This document shows positions 19,834 through 29,780 of a DNA stretch of 64,000 bases, piece by piece (position 1 is the stretch's first letter; each line of letters starts with the position of its first letter). Position numbers and translations under genes: made by a program. Source of the stretch: an uncultured Christensenella sp. (GTDB lineage Bacteria; Bacillota; Clostridia; Christensenellales; UBA3700); assembly GCA_949287655.1 (NCBI GenBank), contig CASEHD010000004.1, positions 55 to 64,054 of the forward strand, written 5' to 3'. Under the pieces are notes generated by a model that saw only the letters and a program-made list of their open reading frames with translations, was not told where the DNA came from and ran no database searches.

Positions 19834-21069
19834 ATGAAAAAAAGATACATGTCAATATTTGCGATAGCGGTTGTTGCCGTCATTCTTTGCACGGCGTTCA
19901 TGGGCTGTACTCAGAGCGAAGAGGATTATTACAACGATATCGCCGAAGACGTTGCTAAATTCAACGAAAAGTACGACGATATCCTCGCAAATCTCAACAA
20001 AGCGAATTTCTCCGTCACGTTCGGCTTTAACACGCATTACAATGCGGCTCTCACGAGAGGAAGCAGCGACAGTAAAGGCTGGGACAGCTTTGAAAACGCA
20101 TACAATGACTTTTACGATTCTATAGGGAAACAGGATCCCAATATCTTCGACAATATTTTCGGTACAAAAACCGATGCGCAGAAGGCTATTGACGATCTCG
20201 GAGTGCAGACCAACGCATGGATGGATTCGTATACCGAAGTCACTTACATGCAGAACGGCAGCAAGAACTTCTATCTTAAAATAGTTACCTATCCTTCGAT
20301 CTGGGAGAACTACTACGATTCGTTCACAGAAGCTCTCGAAGATCCGTCAGTTCTCAGCGAAGGTCTCAGCGGAGACAGCGATAAGATAATGTGGCAGACC
20401 GTAGACGAGACGATAAAGAACAAGAGCGAATACGTTCTCAAAGTTGAAAACGGCGTCTATAACGGCGTTGAGTATGACGGCATCGAAGAGTTGTCCGCCA
20501 TCGTAGGTATCGTTACCGGTGAAATGCCTGTGGACGACTGCTATACGTTCACCAACGGCAACAAGATTTATACCCACGTTATGCAGGCTCAGTATATCAC
20601 CGCTTACAAGCTGGGAGAACAGGAAGACATATCTTTCGACGAGATCGCGGCTCCCGAATACAGTACCGAAGAGTGGGATGAATTCCTGGCTTCGTTCCCG
20701 GAGACCGTCAAATCATGGAATCTCAAAGCCGAGGAGATTTTCAGAAACAATCTGCTCGGTATGAGTGACGATCTCCGCGTAGACAGATCAGAAAACGTTG
20801 ACGGCAAGTACTGGAGCGGTTTCGGAGAAGATATCGTTTACGACTGGGAAAACGTAGGCGCGTTGAAGATAACACGCTATACTTACAACTACAGCAAGAG
20901 CAAATCCAGGCTCGATCAGATAGACTTCTATACCGAATACGTAAAGCCGTACTATACCGAGAAGAGCGCCGCGGATTCGACTCTTGAGCTGAAAGGCGAC
21001 GTTTATTACAACTCTCACATTGTTGCGGATTTCGATTACTCTGACGGAGCGATAACTTTCCCTCAGTGA
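19834..21069 (+). CDS. Acidic lipoprotein of unknown function
   Basis: Signal peptide with lipobox FMG-C. Starts 4 bp after the MFS stop and is the last gene before the terminator. Confidence 0.8.
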   Translation: MKKRYMSIFAIAVVAVILCTAFMGCTQSEEDYYNDIAEDVAKFNEKYDDILANLNKANFSVTFGFNTHYNAALTRGSSDSKGWDSFENAYNDFYDSIGKQDPNIFDNIFGTKTDAQKAIDDLGVQTNAWMDSYTEVTYMQNGSKNFYLKIVTYPSIWENYYDSFTEALEDPSVLSEGLSGDSDKIMWQTVDETIKNKSEYVLKVENGVYNGVEYDGIEELSAIVGIVTGEMPVDDCYTFTNGNKIYTHVMQAQYITAYKLGEQEDISFDEIAAPEYSTEEWDEFLASFPETVKSWNLKAEEIFRNNLLGMSDDLRVDRSENVDGKYWSGFGEDIVYDWENVGALKITRYTYNYSKSKSRLDQIDFYTEYVKPYYTEKSAADSTLELKGDVYYNSHIVADFDYSDGAITFPQ

Positions 21070-21090
21070 CCCGAAAGACATTTAAAAGAC

Positions 21091-21120
21091 GAAGGAGCGC
21101 GTGCCGCTCCTTCTTTTTTT
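21091..21120 (+). terminator. Intrinsic terminator ending the uronate/glycoside operon
   Basis: GAAGGAGCG-loop-CGCTCCTTC followed by T7. Confidence 0.85.
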
Positions 21121-21210
21121 CGCGTAAGCAAAGGATAACCTATTGATTTTGAGCTCAAATGGTTTATAATTATATTGAAGTTTCTGCATGAACAAACATG
21201 AAGGAGAAAA

Positions 21211-23724
21211 ATGAAAAACGTTATTTTCAATATAGACGGCATGAGCTGCGTAGTGTGCAGCGGCGCTTGCAAAAAGGCGCTGCTTTCTCTCGACGGGGTA
21301 AAACGCGCGGACGTTAATTTTGCCAGCGGCAAAGCGGTCGTCGAATACGACGATAAGAAGCTGACTGAAGACGACCTCGCCGCCGCCGTTTTAAAGGCGG
21401 GATATACGCCGCGTTTCGAGAAGGAAAAAGAGCGGGAAAAAGGCGTAGATAAAGACCTTGCGATCACTCTGATAAGGGTCGCGCTCGCCGCCGCGCTTTT
21501 GCTTTGGTCAATGCTTCCGATGCTGGGCGTTCCTTATCCATCCGCGATATCGCCGGAAGGCAACCCGTTCGTCTACGCGCTCGTGCAGATAATCCTGTGC
21601 GTACCCGTGATGGGTTTGAGTTACAAGATATATCTGAGAGGATACCGCAACCTGTTTAAACTCGACCCCAATATGGACTCTCTCGTCGCGGTAAGCACTA
21701 CGGCGGCGTTCGTTTACAGTGTTTACGGATTCGTTCTGATATGCTGCGGCGACGCGCACGCGGCGCACAATCTGTATTTCGAGTCGGCGGCGGTGATACT
21801 CGCGCTGATATCTCTGGGAAAACACCTCGAAGGGCGCGCGCTCAAAAAGACGGGCAAGGCTATTGAGGAACTGACAAACCTCGCGCCCGACTACGCTTTT
21901 GTTTTAAGGGACGGGGAATTCGTGCGCATTCCGTCGGCAGAGGTCGTCACGGGCGATATCGTGAGGGTCGCGGCGGGCGAAAGCTTCTGCGCGGACGGCG
22001 TGATAATAAAAGGCTCGTCGGCGGTGCAGGAGAGTATGATAACAGGCGAAAGCCTGCCGGTCGACAAGACGGTCGGCGACAGCGTTATCGGAGGTACGAT
22101 AAACGGCAACGGAGCGATTGAATTCAGAGCGACGGGGGTCGGAGCGGACACGATGCTGTCGAAGATAATAACTCTCGTCGAAAACGCGCAGAATTCGCGC
22201 GCGCCGATAGCAAAGCTCGCGGACAAGGTCGCAAAAGTATTCGTGCCCGCGGTAATGGCGATTGCGGTGGTCGCCGCGGTCGCGTGGGCGATAGCGGGGC
22301 AGGACGCCGCTTTCGTGATAAAGATATTCGTATCAGTGCTGACGATAGCCTGTCCGTGCGCGCTGGGTTTAGCCACGCCTACGGCGATAATCACCGGCAG
22401 CGGCAGCGGCGCGAAACTGGGCATACTTTTTAAGAACGCCGAAGCGCTTGAGCGCACGTCCAAGGTAAACGCGGTTGTGTTCGATAAGACGGGAACCATT
22501 ACCGAAGGCGTGCCGAGGGTGGTCAGAGTGTATTCGACGGACGGCGACGAAAACGCGCTTTTAGCGTTGTGCGCTGCCGCCGAAAGCGAAAGCAGCCACC
22601 CGCTCGCCAGGGCGGTGACGGAGCGCGCGAAAGAACTCGGGCTTGAGATAAAGGCGGCGGATAAAGTCGAAAATTTAAGCGGTTACGGTTTGAGCGCTGC
22701 GGTGAGCGAAAGAGCCGTACTTTGCGGAAAAAGCGCCCTTCTTACCCAAAACGGCGTGGATACAAAGCCGATAGAAGGTTATCTGAAAGAGTGTTACGAC
22801 AACGGTCACAGCGTGATCGCTGTCGCGGAAAACGGAGTCGCGAAAGGCTGTATCGCGCTTGCGGACGGCGTAAAGCAGAACGCGGAAGAGGCGGTAAAGG
22901 CGCTGAAAGAGGACGGGATAAAGACGGTCATGCTGACCGGCGACAACGCTAAGGCGGCGGCGTACATTGCGGCGCAGGTCGGGATAGACGAGGTTATAAG
23001 CGAGGTCCTTCCCGAAGGAAAGGCTGACGAGATAAAGAAACTCAAAGAGAGCGGCGCGCGCGTGGCGATGGTCGGCGACGGTATAAACGACGCGCCCGCG
23101 CTTACCGAAGCCGACGTAGGTATCGCGGTCGGCGAGGGCAGCGACGTCGCGATAGAAAGCTCAGACGTCGTACTGGTCGGCGGGGACGTGCGTTCGGTCG
23201 CGGACGCGGTAGAACTCGGAAAGGCGACGCTCAGAAACGTAAAAGAAAACCTGTTCTGGGCGTTCATATACAATATACTCGGCATACCTTTCGCGTGCGG
23301 CGTCGCGTACGCTCTGGGCGGACCTCTTCTCAACCCGATGATAGCGGGGCTCGCGATGAGCTGCTCTTCGGTATGCGTGGTGCTGAATGCGCTCAGACTT
23401 GCGTATTTTAAGCCCAAACGCTTGAAAAAAGCGGAAAAAAATGCGATAATAGACGAAAAAGAAAACAAAAGCGGGACGGTCTGTAAGGCAGGTTGTCCGC
23501 TTGAAAAGGACAGCGTTATGAAAAGCGAGATAAAAGTAAACGGTATGATGTGCGCGCATTGCGAAGCCAGAGTGAATAAGGCGGTCACGGCTCTCGACGG
23601 CGTAAAGAGCTGCGTCGCCAGCGCGGCGGACGGCACGGTAAAAGTCGAATACGACGAAAACAAGGTAAGTCTTCATGAGATAAAGGACGCGATAACCGCG
23701 CAGGATTACGAGGTGCAAGACTGA
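21211..23724 (+). CDS. copA: Copper-translocating P1B-type ATPase with N- and C-terminal HMA domains
   Basis: GMSCVVC, TGES, CPC, DKTGT, HP, GDGINDAP, YN and MxxSS motifs, plus a C-terminal GMMCAHC CopZ-like domain. Confidence 0.9.
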   Translation: MKNVIFNIDGMSCVVCSGACKKALLSLDGVKRADVNFASGKAVVEYDDKKLTEDDLAAAVLKAGYTPRFEKEKEREKGVDKDLAITLIRVALAAALLLWSMLPMLGVPYPSAISPEGNPFVYALVQIILCVPVMGLSYKIYLRGYRNLFKLDPNMDSLVAVSTTAAFVYSVYGFVLICCGDAHAAHNLYFESAAVILALISLGKHLEGRALKKTGKAIEELTNLAPDYAFVLRDGEFVRIPSAEVVTGDIVRVAAGESFCADGVIIKGSSAVQESMITGESLPVDKTVGDSVIGGTINGNGAIEFRATGVGADTMLSKIITLVENAQNSRAPIAKLADKVAKVFVPAVMAIAVVAAVAWAIAGQDAAFVIKIFVSVLTIACPCALGLATPTAIITGSGSGAKLGILFKNAEALERTSKVNAVVFDKTGTITEGVPRVVRVYSTDGDENALLALCAAAESESSHPLARAVTERAKELGLEIKAADKVENLSGYGLSAAVSERAVLCGKSALLTQNGVDTKPIEGYLKECYDNGHSVIAVAENGVAKGCIALADGVKQNAEEAVKALKEDGIKTVMLTGDNAKAAAYIAAQVGIDEVISEVLPEGKADEIKKLKESGARVAMVGDGINDAPALTEADVGIAVGEGSDVAIESSDVVLVGGDVRSVADAVELGKATLRNVKENLFWAFIYNILGIPFACGVAYALGGPLLNPMIAGLAMSCSSVCVVLNALRLAYFKPKRLKKAEKNAIIDEKENKSGTVCKAGCPLEKDSVMKSEIKVNGMMCAHCEARVNKAVTALDGVKSCVASAADGTVKVEYDENKVSLHEIKDAITAQDYEVQD

Positions 23725-24752
23725 TGTTTGAAAAGATAAAGACCATCATCAGTTCGGAAGAGATAAAGACCCTCGTGCCGGTCGGCGCAGAGATCGCTAA
23801 GATAAAGGCGGAGCGAGACAAAGCGGTCATGGATATAATCGCGGGCAGGGATAAGCGTATGCTGATGATCGTCGGTCCGTGTTCCGCGGACAACGAGACG
23901 GCTGTCTGCGATTACGTTTCACGCCTCGCTAAACTTGCGGACGAGATAAGGGACAAGATCTTTATCGTGCCCAGGATATACACCAATAAGCCGCGCACAA
24001 AGGGCGAAGGGTACAAGGGCATAATGCACAACCCCGACCCGCACAGAAAGGAAACGGATATACAGGCGGGCATAATCGCTCTCAGAAAGATGCATTTAAG
24101 GGCTATTTCCGAAAGCGGACTTTCGGCGGCGGACGAGATGTTGTACCCCGAAAACCACGTATATCTCGACGACCTTCTGACATACGTCGCGGTAGGCGCG
24201 CGTTCTTCTGAAAACCAGCAGCACAGACTGGTCGCGAGCGGTGTGGATATTCCGGTCGGAATAAAGAACCCGATGAACGGAAGTATGCCCGTTACCCTTA
24301 ATTCGATATACGCGGCGCAGATCCCGAACGAATTCAAATACCGCACCTGTCAGGTCAGGACGCAGGGCAATCCGTACGCGCACGCGATACTGCGCGGCAG
24401 CGTGGACGTATACGGCAACAATATCCCCAACTACCATTACGAGGATCTGATACGTTTCCATGATATGTACCTTTCGCAGAATCTTCAAAACCCCGCGGTC
24501 ATCGTGGACAGCAACCACAGCAACAGCGGAAAGAATTACCTGGAGCAGATAAGGATAGTCAAAGAGGTCGTCGACAATATAAGGCATTGCGATAAGATAC
24601 GTTCTCTCGTCAAAGGCTTCCTTATCGAAAGCTACATAGAGGACGGCGCTCAGCAGCCGGGCGGCGACGAGTACGGCAAGTCGATAACCGACCCGTGTCT
24701 GGGCTGGGAAAAGACCAGAGACCTTCTTTTAAGAGTGGCGGACAAACTGTAA
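23724..24752 (+). CDS. aroF: 3-deoxy-7-phosphoheptulonate (DAHP) synthase, class I
   Basis: IVGPCSA, RIYTNKPRT, VGARS, GIKNP, DSNHSNS, YGKSITDPCLGW. Confidence 0.88.
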   Translation: MFEKIKTIISSEEIKTLVPVGAEIAKIKAERDKAVMDIIAGRDKRMLMIVGPCSADNETAVCDYVSRLAKLADEIRDKIFIVPRIYTNKPRTKGEGYKGIMHNPDPHRKETDIQAGIIALRKMHLRAISESGLSAADEMLYPENHVYLDDLLTYVAVGARSSENQQHRLVASGVDIPVGIKNPMNGSMPVTLNSIYAAQIPNEFKYRTCQVRTQGNPYAHAILRGSVDVYGNNIPNYHYEDLIRFHDMYLSQNLQNPAVIVDSNHSNSGKNYLEQIRIVKEVVDNIRHCDKIRSLVKGFLIESYIEDGAQQPGGDEYGKSITDPCLGWEKTRDLLLRVADKL

Positions 24753-24908
24753 GAAAAGGATAATAATATAATAATAGATATAATACATATATCAGTATAA
24801 TAAAAACGGCGGATATTCGCCGTTTTTCTTTTTAATCGCCGTTTTCGCGCAAAAACGTTATAGACGAAACGGCGGCGCAAAATTCCCCGCGCGTTTCGCG
24901 TTTCCGCG

Positions 24909-25397
24909 TCAGAGTTCTTTGACTATTTCAGCGACGTAAATGTCGTGATAGTCCTTTTCGGGATACCACTTCCGAATGTTGCTTTTGTCGATAAAGTTTT
25001 CTTCTTTCAGGGTCTGGCGATACATTTTTCTGCACACGAGGGTCATCGTGGTTTCCTTGAACACAGGCGCGCCGTTCTCGACGGTCAGCGTAAGGCCGCT
25101 CTTTGCGATCTTGTCCTCGTCTCTTCCCGAGACCTTGCCCATATAGCCGAGCATTTTCTTGTAAGAATCGTCGAAGAAGGAAAGGGTAAAGTTGTCCGCT
25201 TCGTCAACGAATCGCTTTGTATATCTCTGCGGACGGATGAACACGAAGGCAACCTTCTTTCCCCACAATACGCCCATTCCGCCCCACGAAGCGGTCATAG
25301 CGTTTGTCTTTCCGTTCTTGTCGGTCGCGGCGACCAGCATCCATCTGTCGCCTATGAGCGAAAACACGTTTTCATTTTTTATATCGTTTTTATCCAT
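24909..25397 (-). CDS. Flavin reductase-like (flavoredoxin) protein
   Basis: NAMTASWGG, FIRPQRYT, SGRDEDK and DYH motifs. Confidence 0.85.
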   Translation of the reverse strand: MDKNDIKNENVFSLIGDRWMLVAATDKNGKTNAMTASWGGMGVLWGKKVAFVFIRPQRYTKRFVDEADNFTLSFFDDSYKKMLGYMGKVSGRDEDKIAKSGLTLTVENGAPVFKETTMTLVCRKMYRQTLKEENFIDKSNIRKWYPEKDYHDIYVAEIVKEL

Positions 25398-25697
25398 AAA
25401 TTTTTACCTCCGGACAAAATTATATCGCGCTTTTGTCAAAAAATCAAGCGGGAGGTAAAAGGGAGGCAAAACGCAAAAGACAAAAATGTCGTAGCAAAAA
25501 TCGAAAAAGACTTACTCTTAAAGAGTATACAGGTTAAAAGAGAGAGTATAAAAATGGTTGTCTTTGCGTGATCCGCATTTTGTTTTTTGGTCGCAAAAGT
25601 AAAACAGAACGGATATTGTAATTTGTTCCGCGGTTTGATATACTGAATACGAACAACGCGTGAAAAACGCAAAGAACGCGCCGAGGAGGGCAGGATC

Positions 25698-27377
25698 GTG
25701 AAAAGAAAATTGTTTGTGATTGCGGCACTGGTTGTCGTGCTCGCGGCGGCGCTTTCGGCAATGCCGGCGACTTTTGCGAACTCGGCGCTTATGTATTGGG
25801 AGGGAGTTACTTCCACGGGCGCGTTGGTGATGGATGAGGATTGTCCGCTTGTCGTCAATTCAGAAACGCTCGTTTTCGATATTCCGCATTTTCCGGCAGA
25901 TTACGCTTACTATTCGTCGAGCGACGAAAAATGGGATGATTACGACGCAAAGGTAAGCGCGGCTTATGAATTCGAAAACCCCACAGACTACGAAGTGACC
26001 GCAAGGCTTGCGTTCCCGTTCGGCACGACTTTTGATTATTCCGCCGACGCGCTTTATCTGTCGGACAGATATTTCGTCACGGCGGACGGAGAGCAGGTCG
26101 AGAAAAAGGTCAGATATTCTTTCGTAAACGATATATGGAGCGGCTCTTTCTCCGCACAGGGAGCGGTTTCCGCCCTTAAAGACGAAAGGACTGAAAGCGG
26201 CAGGATAAACGAAAACGCAACGGTGCTCAAAGTCAGATATAAGGCGAGCGGCGCGCCATATCAGCAGTACGAACTGAGATTTAAGATGCCCGACCGCGAC
26301 GACGTGTGTGTGATCGCTCCGCCGTATAACTATTGTAGGATTGATTCCGAAAGGGTGGAGGAATTCGGATTATTCGTCAAAAACGGGTATTGGTACGATT
26401 TTGCAATAGTCTATACGGGAGAAGAACCTGAATTCGTCCTCAGCGCGATAAAAGACGATAAAGAGGTGGATTGCGAGATAACGCGCAACGTTATCGGCAA
26501 GACAACGCTGTCCGGGTATGCCGACGAAAATTATCCGTTCGACGACGAGAGCGAAAGCGCAAAGACGGACTGGTTCAATATCGTAGTCGACTATTTGAGC
26601 GGCAGTCAGGGGTTGGCGACTTCGTTTGACGGAAACGGCTCCGATTTGTTCGTCGAGCGCCACGTTATGTATTGGTACGAATACGATCTCGTCGTACCTG
26701 CGGGAGAAACGGTCGTCAACACGGTGACGGCTCCGCTTCTTCCCGATATAAACAAAATGTATTCGCCAAACATTTATAAATACGAATACCTGCTTTCGCC
26801 CGCTAAAGTCTGGGCGGAGTTCGGAAGGCTGGATATTCAGATAAACACCCCGTATTACGTTCTCGACGCGGAGGAAAAAGGTTTTGTCAAAACTGAAAAA
26901 GGTTATTCAGCGTCGTTCGACGCGCTTCCTGACGGAGAACTGACTTTCGAAGTCTCGGAAAGCGCTGATCCTCGGTATTCAGATCCGTACGACAGGCTCT
27001 TTACGCTTATAATAGTGACAGGCATAGCCGTGCTTCTCGGCGCGATCGAAATAGTGCTGATAATATCCTTTGCCGTCAAGGGTGCAAAAATAAGAAATCT
27101 CTCTGAGACGGATTGCGGAAAGAAAAAGGATAATACCTTGCGCGCGGCGGGTGCGGGCTTTATATCGTGCGTTGCGGCGGGGGCGACTCTTTGTATTCCT
27201 TCGCTGTTGCTGACGTCGGGAATGCAGGGACTTGCTTTGGCGATAACGGCTGCGACCGCGTTCTTCGCGCTTTCCGTAGCTATTACGGTCACAGCGGTTA
27301 AACTGCTTGTCGGGAAAAAGGAGAAAGGAGATACAAATTTACCCGCAGACAGTGACGATATCGACTTGAATGAGTAA
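25698..27377 (+). CDS. Hypothetical exported protein with C-terminal membrane helices
   Basis: Signal peptide (ATFA-N), acidic soluble region and about three C-terminal TM segments. GTG start after GAGGAGG. Confidence 0.75.
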   Translation: MKRKLFVIAALVVVLAAALSAMPATFANSALMYWEGVTSTGALVMDEDCPLVVNSETLVFDIPHFPADYAYYSSSDEKWDDYDAKVSAAYEFENPTDYEVTARLAFPFGTTFDYSADALYLSDRYFVTADGEQVEKKVRYSFVNDIWSGSFSAQGAVSALKDERTESGRINENATVLKVRYKASGAPYQQYELRFKMPDRDDVCVIAPPYNYCRIDSERVEEFGLFVKNGYWYDFAIVYTGEEPEFVLSAIKDDKEVDCEITRNVIGKTTLSGYADENYPFDDESESAKTDWFNIVVDYLSGSQGLATSFDGNGSDLFVERHVMYWYEYDLVVPAGETVVNTVTAPLLPDINKMYSPNIYKYEYLLSPAKVWAEFGRLDIQINTPYYVLDAEEKGFVKTEKGYSASFDALPDGELTFEVSESADPRYSDPYDRLFTLIIVTGIAVLLGAIEIVLIISFAVKGAKIRNLSETDCGKKKDNTLRAAGAGFISCVAAGATLCIPSLLLTSGMQGLALAITAATAFFALSVAITVTAVKLLVGKKEKGDTNLPADSDDIDLNE

Positions 27378-27455
27378 AAAAGGATAGAGCTGCCGCGTTT
27401 TGAAGATAAAATATGAAAACCGTTTTATCCATAAAAAAACCAGTTAGGTAAGCCG

Positions 27456-27481
27456 GCGGAGCGGCGACGCTCCGCTTTTTG
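27456..27481 (+). terminator. Intrinsic terminator
   Basis: GCGGAGCG-GCGA-CGCTCCGC followed by T5. Confidence 0.7.
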
Positions 27482-27735
27482 CTTGAAAACGCGGGTATAA
27501 CGAAAGGTTTGAGAATTTACAGGGTTATGCGTTTCATAGAAAAAGCCGGATTTCGGCAAACGGGCGATTTTTGTTGACGTACTCCCGCAGGCGTGTTATG
27601 TTCAAAAAGTAAACCGTTCTTTTATGCGGGGCGCTTTTTGCGGATCGCAGGTATAAACCTCGGCGAACCGTTAATAAAAGAAACATCACGGAAAAAACGG
27701 CATAAACTGATATGAGGCCGTTTTCGGAGGGAAAC

Positions 27736-28344
27736 ATGAAACTGATAGACGAAAAGACAACTTACATTTCGTCCGGGGCGAAGATCGCCGAAAGCGCGGT
27801 CATCTATCCCAACAACACCATCATGGGAGAGACCGTCATCGGAGAAAACACCGTGATCATGCCCAACTGCGTGATCGACGGCTGCAAGATAGGAAGCAAC
27901 GTGAAGATAATCGCCAGCGTAATGGAAGGGGCGGTCATAGCGGACGGCGCGACGGTCGGACCGTTCGCATATCTCAGAAAGGGCTCTGACGTCGGCAGGG
28001 ATTGCCGCGTAGGCGATTTCGTTGAGATAAAGAACGCTAAGATAGGCGACGGCACAAAGGTCGCGCATCTTACTTACGTCGGCGACTGCGAGCTGGGCGA
28101 AAAGTGCAACATAGGTTGCGGCGTGGTTTTCGTAAATTACGACGGCAAGAAGAAGCATCGCACGACGGTCGGCGACCATTGCTTTATCGGCAGCAACTGC
28201 AACGTGATCGCTCCGGTCGACATAGCGGACGGCAGTTATATCGCGGCGGGCACTACGGTCACCGAGAGTACGCCCGCCGACAGCCTCGTTGTGGGCAGAG
28301 CGCGTCAGGTCGTAAAGGAAGGGCGCGGAAAAGGAAGATTTTAA
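27736..28344 (+). CDS. Glucosamine-1-phosphate N-acetyltransferase: GlmU C-terminal left-handed beta-helix domain only
   Basis: Hexapeptide repeats, VGPFAYLR, GDFVEIKN, HLTYVGD, NYDG..KH.T, IAAGTTVT. No N-terminal uridyltransferase domain. Confidence 0.85.
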   Translation: MKLIDEKTTYISSGAKIAESAVIYPNNTIMGETVIGENTVIMPNCVIDGCKIGSNVKIIASVMEGAVIADGATVGPFAYLRKGSDVGRDCRVGDFVEIKNAKIGDGTKVAHLTYVGDCELGEKCNIGCGVVFVNYDGKKKHRTTVGDHCFIGSNCNVIAPVDIADGSYIAAGTTVTESTPADSLVVGRARQVVKEGRGKGRF

Positions 28345-28354
28345 GGAGTAGCTT

Positions 28355-29656
28355 ATGTATTTCGGAACAGACGGTATAAGAGGGATCGCCAATCTCGACC
28401 TCACGTGCCCGCTCGCGCTCAGCGTGGGCAACGCGCTTGCGAGTTTGAAAAAGAATTGCAGGGTTCTCATTGGCATGGATACTCGCGTGTCGGGAGACAT
28501 GCTTCTGCATGCGGTCGCGACGGGAGTCATGCAGGGAGGCGGCGACGTTCTTGACGTCGGCGTTATGCCGACCGCGGGTATAGCGTATCTTACGCGTTTT
28601 TACAAGGCGGATTACGGCGTGGTGATAAGCGCGTCGCACAATCCCGCCGAATACAACGGCATAAAGATATTCGACGCTGACGGTTACAAGCTGGGCGACA
28701 AACGCGAAAGAGACTTAGAGCTCAGAATGGCGAACCCGCACATAGTCAGGTCGATAGCGACCGGCAAGTATATGTTTATGCACGACGCGTCGGCGGACTA
28801 CGTTAAATTTCTGCTGTCAAACACAGAAGGGCTCAAAGGACTGAGAGTTCTCGTCGACTGTTCCAACGGCGCGGCGGGCAGGGTGGCAAAGACGGCGTTC
28901 GAGCAGGCGGGCGCAAGCGTGGTCGCGATAAACACCTCGGCAGCGGGCATCGACATCAACGAAAACGTCGGCGCGCTGTACGCCTCCAATCTCGCGCCGA
29001 AAGTAAGGGACGGAGGCTTTGACGTCGGATTCGCTTACGACGGAGACGCGGACAGACTTATCGCCGTCGACGAAAAGGGTAACGTAGTGGACGGCGACCA
29101 TCTTTTGTATATCCTTGCGTGCGAAGCTAAAAAGCGCGGGCAGCTTGAAACGGGAAGCGTAGTCGGCACACATCATACCAATATGGGCGTGCAGGAAGCG
29201 CTTGAAAAAAACGGGATAAAACTCGTCAGAGCGGACATCGGCGACAAATACGTGCTTGAGCAGATGCTTAAAGACGGCTCGCCTCTCGGCGCGGAGCAGT
29301 CCGGACACATAATCATGACAAGGCGTTCTACTACCGGCGACGGCATACTCGCCTCGCTCGTGACAGCGCAGATCATAGCGGATTCCGGAAAGACTCTTTC
29401 TCAGCTGGACGAAGCGAAAGGCTACGCGCAGGTCAACATCAACGTGCCGGTAAGCGACAAACTCAGGATAATAAACAGTGAAGCCGTGACAAACGAGGTC
29501 GGCAAGGTCTACGAAAAACTCGCAGGGCAGGGAAGAGTACTTCTGCGCGCTTCGGGCACGGAGCCCAAGATAAGGATAATGGTGGAATGCAGAAGCGAAA
29601 GTAAAGCCAAAACGCTCGCAAAGCGTCTTGAAAGCGTCCTGAAGAGTCTCAGGTAA
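28355..29656 (+). CDS. glmM: Phosphoglucosamine mutase
   Basis: FGTDGIRG, ISASHNP phospho-Ser loop, DGDADR, EQSGH, RASGTEP. Confidence 0.93.
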   Translation: MYFGTDGIRGIANLDLTCPLALSVGNALASLKKNCRVLIGMDTRVSGDMLLHAVATGVMQGGGDVLDVGVMPTAGIAYLTRFYKADYGVVISASHNPAEYNGIKIFDADGYKLGDKRERDLELRMANPHIVRSIATGKYMFMHDASADYVKFLLSNTEGLKGLRVLVDCSNGAAGRVAKTAFEQAGASVVAINTSAAGIDINENVGALYASNLAPKVRDGGFDVGFAYDGDADRLIAVDEKGNVVDGDHLLYILACEAKKRGQLETGSVVGTHHTNMGVQEALEKNGIKLVRADIGDKYVLEQMLKDGSPLGAEQSGHIIMTRRSTTGDGILASLVTAQIIADSGKTLSQLDEAKGYAQVNINVPVSDKLRIINSEAVTNEVGKVYEKLAGQGRVLLRASGTEPKIRIMVECRSESKAKTLAKRLESVLKSLR

Positions 29657-29780
29657 CGGATTTTACTTAAATTTTACATTTAAGTTCTTTTTAAGGATTG
29701 ATAACTGACAAAAAAGATGGTAAACTCTTATTGATATAGGAGTATTATACTCTTAATTGGTATGTGGAGGTTTGGTTATT

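Noticed and set aside
24753-24810. TAATA-rich quasi-repeat after aroF
   Set aside because: Short, irregular low-complexity AT sequence between convergent genes, with no consistent unit.
29657-29780. Possible glmS ribozyme after glmM
   Set aside because: No glmS gene follows and I see no ribozyme core. The region reads as an AT-rich promoter.
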